This document shows, in pieces, positions 60,835 through 64,000 of a stretch of DNA of 64,000 nt (the stretch's first letter is position 1; each line of letters begins with the position of its first letter). Below the pieces are notes generated by a model that saw only the letters and a list, made by a program, of their open reading frames with translations, did no database searches and had not been told where the DNA came from. The DNA lies in contig CDMY01000938.1 in the NCBI GenBank assembly GCA_001179505.1, positions 62,001-126,000 of the forward strand, given 5' to 3'. The DNA is from Vitrella brassicaformis CCMP3155. Lineage: Eukaryota; Protista; Chromerida. Made by a program: the position numbers and the translations under genes.

Positions 60835-63511
60835 ATGTCCGAGGGTTTCATTTGTCCTTTCTCACCCGGGGGGAAGCAATTTCAATGTCATGGTGACCGC
60901 GAGGCAGATCTCGATGTGGTCAGCATCTTACCCAATCCGCACACGACTGACCGAATCGACGAAGGCGAGATGGCTGCCGACTGGCCCATAGTGACAGTCC
61001 CCCAGAACAACCAATGGCATCAGGACGATACCGACACAGAAGAAGGAGGCAACACCAGAGGGGCTCAGCCTGTGAGACCGCCGCAATCACCTGGAGATGC
61101 CAACCAGCCAACCGCCGTCTCGACAGTGTCGCTTACTCTCTCGCCTTCAGTCAGCCTGTAAACCGAGGAGAGAAACACAACAGCAGCCGGAGCAGGTAAC
61201 AACGTCCTCACGACCACAGCTGACGAGTATAGACGAGTGTCGGTCACCTCGACCACGTCACAAAGTGGGACAGCAAGTAAGACAAGCGTCACAGCCGGCA
61301 GCAAGCGACGCACGGAGGAAGATGCCGAAGCAAAGGGTTCAGGCATGCGTCCTGAGGAGCAGGCGTTGGCTGCGTTGGTCCATGAGTTCAGGTGCCACTA
61401 AAGTCATCCCCATCTGTGCAAATGGACGCCCCTCACTTTGGCGTGTTCTTCAGGGAGGCGGCGGGCTGTGAAGCCGCCTACGAAGAGTGGCCCACAACAC
61501 TCGATTACAAGACGATCCATCGGTCGGATGGCACAAAAAAAGAGGTGCTTGTCGGCGTGAGCTTTCAGCTCGAGCCTCTATGGACAACAGTCAAAAGAGT
61601 TTATATGGGCCTTCTTGAGCACCTAGCAGGAGCTCTTTTTATTGCCATCCTCCTCATCGTCTTTGGTCTAATTTATGCATACTCGTGTCGCTCAAGCCTC
61701 TTTGGTGGGCCTAATCTTTGTGTATTTGCCATGGATAGACCTCATTCTTGTGGTGATTCTCATGTTAGGCCCACTATTTGACGTCATCCGTCGAGTCGCA
61801 ATCGTTGGATCGTGGATATTGACGCACGCTCTGGTGACGGGCGGATGCCGATTTCCTAGCATTATGTCTCGGCGGAAGAAAGAGTGCCACTGGGTCGTCT
61901 TTATACCGGCGGTTGCGCTCTCTCTCGTTATTTCTATCAGCCACCAGCTCCATTTCGATGGTCAATGGAGAAAAAATGTCGTCGGACCCATCTTGTGGAG
62001 CTCATATCTAGTGAGCACATATGTTTACTTCCGTCGCGCTGCTGGGTCACGTGGATATGCGGTGAAAGCCACGGTGGTTTTTGCGATGACACTAGCTATG
62101 AAAATCGTGTGGGTCAACGTCCTTTCGCCTCGATTTTACGCTGATGATTTGAATATTCGTGACCTTCGGCGATTTCAGATGGCCCTCATATACCTGGCCA
62201 CCTTCTTCCCTGCTGTTCTCCTAGGTACTCATGCGTCAGAGCTACTTGATGCTACAGTGTGTGGCACTTTTGATTGCACATTTGTTTTTCATTAGTCAAT
62301 AAGCTTGTGCGCTCAATCAAAGTAAAGTCCACAGCCAATGACAAACACTCGAGTTCTTCGTTATGATCCAATGTGTATTCAGGAGGGAGATCCCACGTGT
62401 AATTCGCTGCTTATTGGAGTACCAGCGACGGTCTACATACTCTACCCACGCATGCTGCAAGCGGAGGTCGTCGGACTTAACAAGAAGCTCGTCTTCTCAG
62501 TTGCAATTGCCATGTAAAAGCGGCACGAAGCTCTAGCTGCTTGTCCACATCGTTCGTGCCTGCCGTTTTTCAGATTTGATCTAGTCACGGACGTCTCGCC
62601 GCCTTATTGTATCTGCGTGGATCAGCATTTGCGTCTCCCTCAATCTCATGCTTGTCTCCTTCTGTGTGTATGTATATTATCAGTTATCCTGCTATACCTG
62701 TCCGCCAAAAGAGGTTTCTCATGGCTCGCTACAAGAAGAAAAGGACGTTCACTGAGAACTTGACGGACATCAGGGTGCCTACAGCGAGAGAGGGGACAGC
62801 TGATCGATCACTCGGACAGACGGACAGCGATGCCACAGAGAGTCAGCACCAGAAGAGAAGGAAGAGCCAGATGCTGAGAGGCCAAAGCTCAATCATAACG
62901 GCAGCCATCTCGACTGCAGAACTGTCTCTTACCAGTAAACGGCTATGTCCCGAACCTGCAGGAGGGCTTCAGTCGGCCTTGGCCTCTCTTCAGGTGTCTC
63001 CACGGTAATTGCGGTGATGGTGTACCGGCGCTACGGGAATATAAAAATGTGACGTGTTTCTATAGGTCTCTTCGCGGCCTGGGGGATCAAATCATCATGT
63101 GGTCGGGCGCCGAGTTGGTCGCTCCGCTATTCACAAACTTGAGCGTACTGGTTGCCCAAGCCTTGAAAGGAGTATCATGGGAGGTACTGATAGGAGAATC
63201 GGCAGGGCTCGTGGTGCTGGTGCTCATTGAACTTGTACAACCGACCACACACAACATGACTATACCAATACCACACGCAGTATACGCAAGACTTTCTTTT
63301 ATGTATGTCTGATGAATGCGACATGCAGGTGTTCGAGCTGTGTGTGGCGTGTTTGATGATGAGGTGGAACAACATACCAATCCTGTCCGGGCGTGAAAGA
63401 GGAGTCGTTCGCTGCAGGATACTGACCTCTTTCTTGGCTGCTTTCTGCTGGTTAGCCATACCTTTCTTTCGCATGAATGACCGACAAACAAACAATTACG
63501 TATTCCCCCTA

Positions 63512-63546
<35 letters not shown>

Positions 63547-63747
63547 TTGTAGCGTTTTCACATGGCTGCCATACTACCTCCTGTCCCTACGTCGTGCGGT
63601 GCCCGGGGATTGGCAAGCTATTCCCTGTCCCTATTTTTCCTCTGTCATCTAGAACAAAGCGGATGGAAGCCGCACATAGGCTGTGAGGTAGGTTTGTTGG
63701 TGGCTGCTTGTCTCATGGGGTTTCGTGCTTGGTCAAGCATACGCTGA
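60835..63747 (+). pseudogene. Multi-pass membrane protein gene with apparent in-frame stop and frameshifts
   Basis: Many hydrophobic helices spread over several frames. Canonical in-frame introns at 61392-61452 and 62225-62295, but an in-frame TAA at 61159 and frame changes near 61673 and 62600 that I could not explain by splicing. Confidence 0.5.
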
Positions 63748-64000
63748 TTCCTGTGTGGTAAGACTTGAGGTTTGAAGGCCGGGGTAGCTATTTTGTGAGG
63801 ACTGGTCCATTCAATCAGTGCATACGAGTGAGTATTCAGTCAATGACCAACCAACCCATGCATCCCGGGTGGGTGACCCAAGCCGACCGCAGGCAGCACA
63901 CAGCACACCCCACCCAGCGTCTCTTTCTTCTCGTCTTGCCAATTTTGTGCAAAAAGTCACGCGCACACACCACACCACACACCCAGCCAGCCGTGCATTG

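Noticed and set aside
1-64000. rRNA, tRNA, snRNA, transposase or reverse-transcriptase signatures
   Set aside because: None recognised by eye. tRNAscan-SE, Infernal and RepeatMasker would be needed to exclude them.

Overview
Eukaryotic, GC-rich, intron-dense genomic DNA. It most resembles the chromerid alga Vitrella brassicaformis (inferred, not database-checked): bipartite plastid targeting, microsatellite-filled short introns, and lineage-expanded BTB/F-box/ankyrin-type genes. I reconstructed about 21 spliced genes by joining ORF fragments across GT-AG introns. Confident calls: divergent-loop cyclophilin, OTU deubiquitinase, UDP-glycosyltransferase, histidine acid phosphatase, PP2A scaffold subunit A, small Tim (Tim8-like), ataxin-10, DapB, RMND1/DUF155, and a ~10 kb BLTP2/Hobbit/Fmp27-like lipid-bridge gene. 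Most interesting are a protein with a stand-alone SMC hinge but no ATPase heads (DMS3/SMCHD1-like logic), a CyanoQ/PsbQ-like lumen protein with tripartite targeting and a 13-nt microexon, a (coil-BTB)x2-TLDc gene with a truncated paralog 50 kb away, and an uncharacterised protein with ATP-grasp-like motif order. Most genes sit in tight head-to-head pairs, and two genes carry apparent frameshifts. There is one 300-N gap. No rRNA, tRNA, CRISPR or transposon was recognised. Exon boundaries were read by hand and gene ends may be off where noted.
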